From the NCBI GenBank assembly GCA_965655095.1, contig OZ296656.1:16802001-16866000 (forward strand): DNA of 64,000 bases, read 5' to 3'. The stretch comes from Haplodiscus bocki. Lineage: Eukaryota. The translations under genes were made by a program, and so were the position numbers. Of the stretch, positions 62,990-64,000 are shown piece after piece. The stretch's first letter is position 1. Each line of letters begins with the position of its first letter. The notes under the pieces are model-generated. The model ran no database searches and was not told where the DNA came from. It saw only the letters and a program-made list of their open reading frames with translations.

Positions 62990-64000
62990 TTTCTGGTGTT
63001 TTAATATTTGGCTAGTTTTTCTTGCCAGCTAAAGCGCGGAACGGAGAATTGATTTCTGTTGCATTTGTTGCTGATCTAGCGCGCGCATCTTTATCTGAGT
63101 GCAGCATTACAACAAATACAAGTGCAAAAGAACATCCAGAAGTTTCAAAATCGGTAATTTAAACTAGTGAACCAATATTAAAAAGACAAGAAGAATCGGA
63201 AAGCCAACTTTTGCGCTGCTGCTGTGTGGAGAAAAATCATTTAGCCACAAATGCCAGTTCCATTGAACATGTCACTATGCTTGCCTGAAGACGCGGTACT
63301 GTGAGAAGTGGAAAAGAACTGTCGAACCAACTGGGAGGAAAACGATAGAACAATTGAGAAAAAACTAGTTAGGTGTTAAGGTTTCAGAGTCCTGCGGCTT
63401 TAACTAGCAAATATTTAGGCTGGGTTTAAAAAAATGTTACAGTAGAAATATGCTGCTTGAAAGAGTCTCCTCAGTGAAAAAGTGACTGAAAAACACCGCG
63501 GACTGTGCTTTTTTGGGCGAATGGACGGGCCTCCGCGAGCATTCCGAAAATAGGCAGATGGGGGAGGGTTGAAACTCCAACCGAAAGATCTTTGGACCTT
63601 AATGTTTTCACCTATTCCAAGGACTTTGCAAACTCTCCAAGTTCTGGTGCAGCATCGACAAATTTGGTTAGGTTACCGGACTTGAAATAAGAGAAGCCGC
63701 TGCGACGAGCAATGAACATTTGAACTGCTAACAGACAAGAATCCGTACTAAAGCAATGACAAAGTTCAATTTGAACTGTCTGCTTAGTGATGCTTGTAAA
63801 CAAACAACAAGATCTTCCTTAAAGGTTACGACAAATTGCAATATCAGGTGATTCGGAGTATTCGACACTCGTGAAAGAGAACGACATTATGTCAAAAAAA
63901 CGTTCCCGAAAATTTGACCATCTGGGGTGTCGGACGCTTAGGTGATTAATTGGCCTTAGTGGTTTTGTGAGTCACCAACGGCTTTGTAAACTCCTCAACT
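62990..64000 (-). pseudogene. BEL/Pao LTR retrotransposon integrase remnant (continues beyond the window)
   Basis: CLFTSITKQTVQIEL...STDSCLLAVQMFIARRSG...SGNLTKFVDAAPEL matches the BEL/Pao consensus CLFTC..TRAVHIE...FIARRG..SDNGTNF. Then WSFNPP and ETLTPN. A possible short 3' LTR lies at ~62658-62914. Confidence 0.85.

Overview
AT-rich eukaryotic (animal-like) DNA made almost entirely of nested, mostly decayed mobile elements; no intact host gene, RNA gene or CRISPR array is recognisable. Contents: (1) Polinton/Maverick (adintovirus-like) fossil A, core ~3.2-13.8 kb, with ATPase, integrase, minor capsid, core-like protein, major capsid, cysteine protease and pPolB all on +, and a frameshifted secreted EGF-like gene upstream. 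(2) A young RTE LINE (16930-20098, perfect 14-bp TSD, one nonsense codon). (3) Two inverted ~1.85-kb solo-LTR-like repeats (20584-22441, 58912-60756). (4) A differently organised Polinton fossil B (26790-42131) with ~0.8-kb TIRs that end GG...CC and carry 15-bp tandem arrays. (5) A 15.4-kb Gypsy element (42311-57674, minus strand). Its ~6.6-kb region after pol holds four splice-acceptor/ATG cassettes on the sense strand and a three-exon antisense gene, resembling a complex retrovirus; this is the best candidate for an undescribed system. (6) A BEL/Pao integrase remnant at the right edge. Pseudogene coordinates are approximate and come from manual translation across stops and frameshifts.
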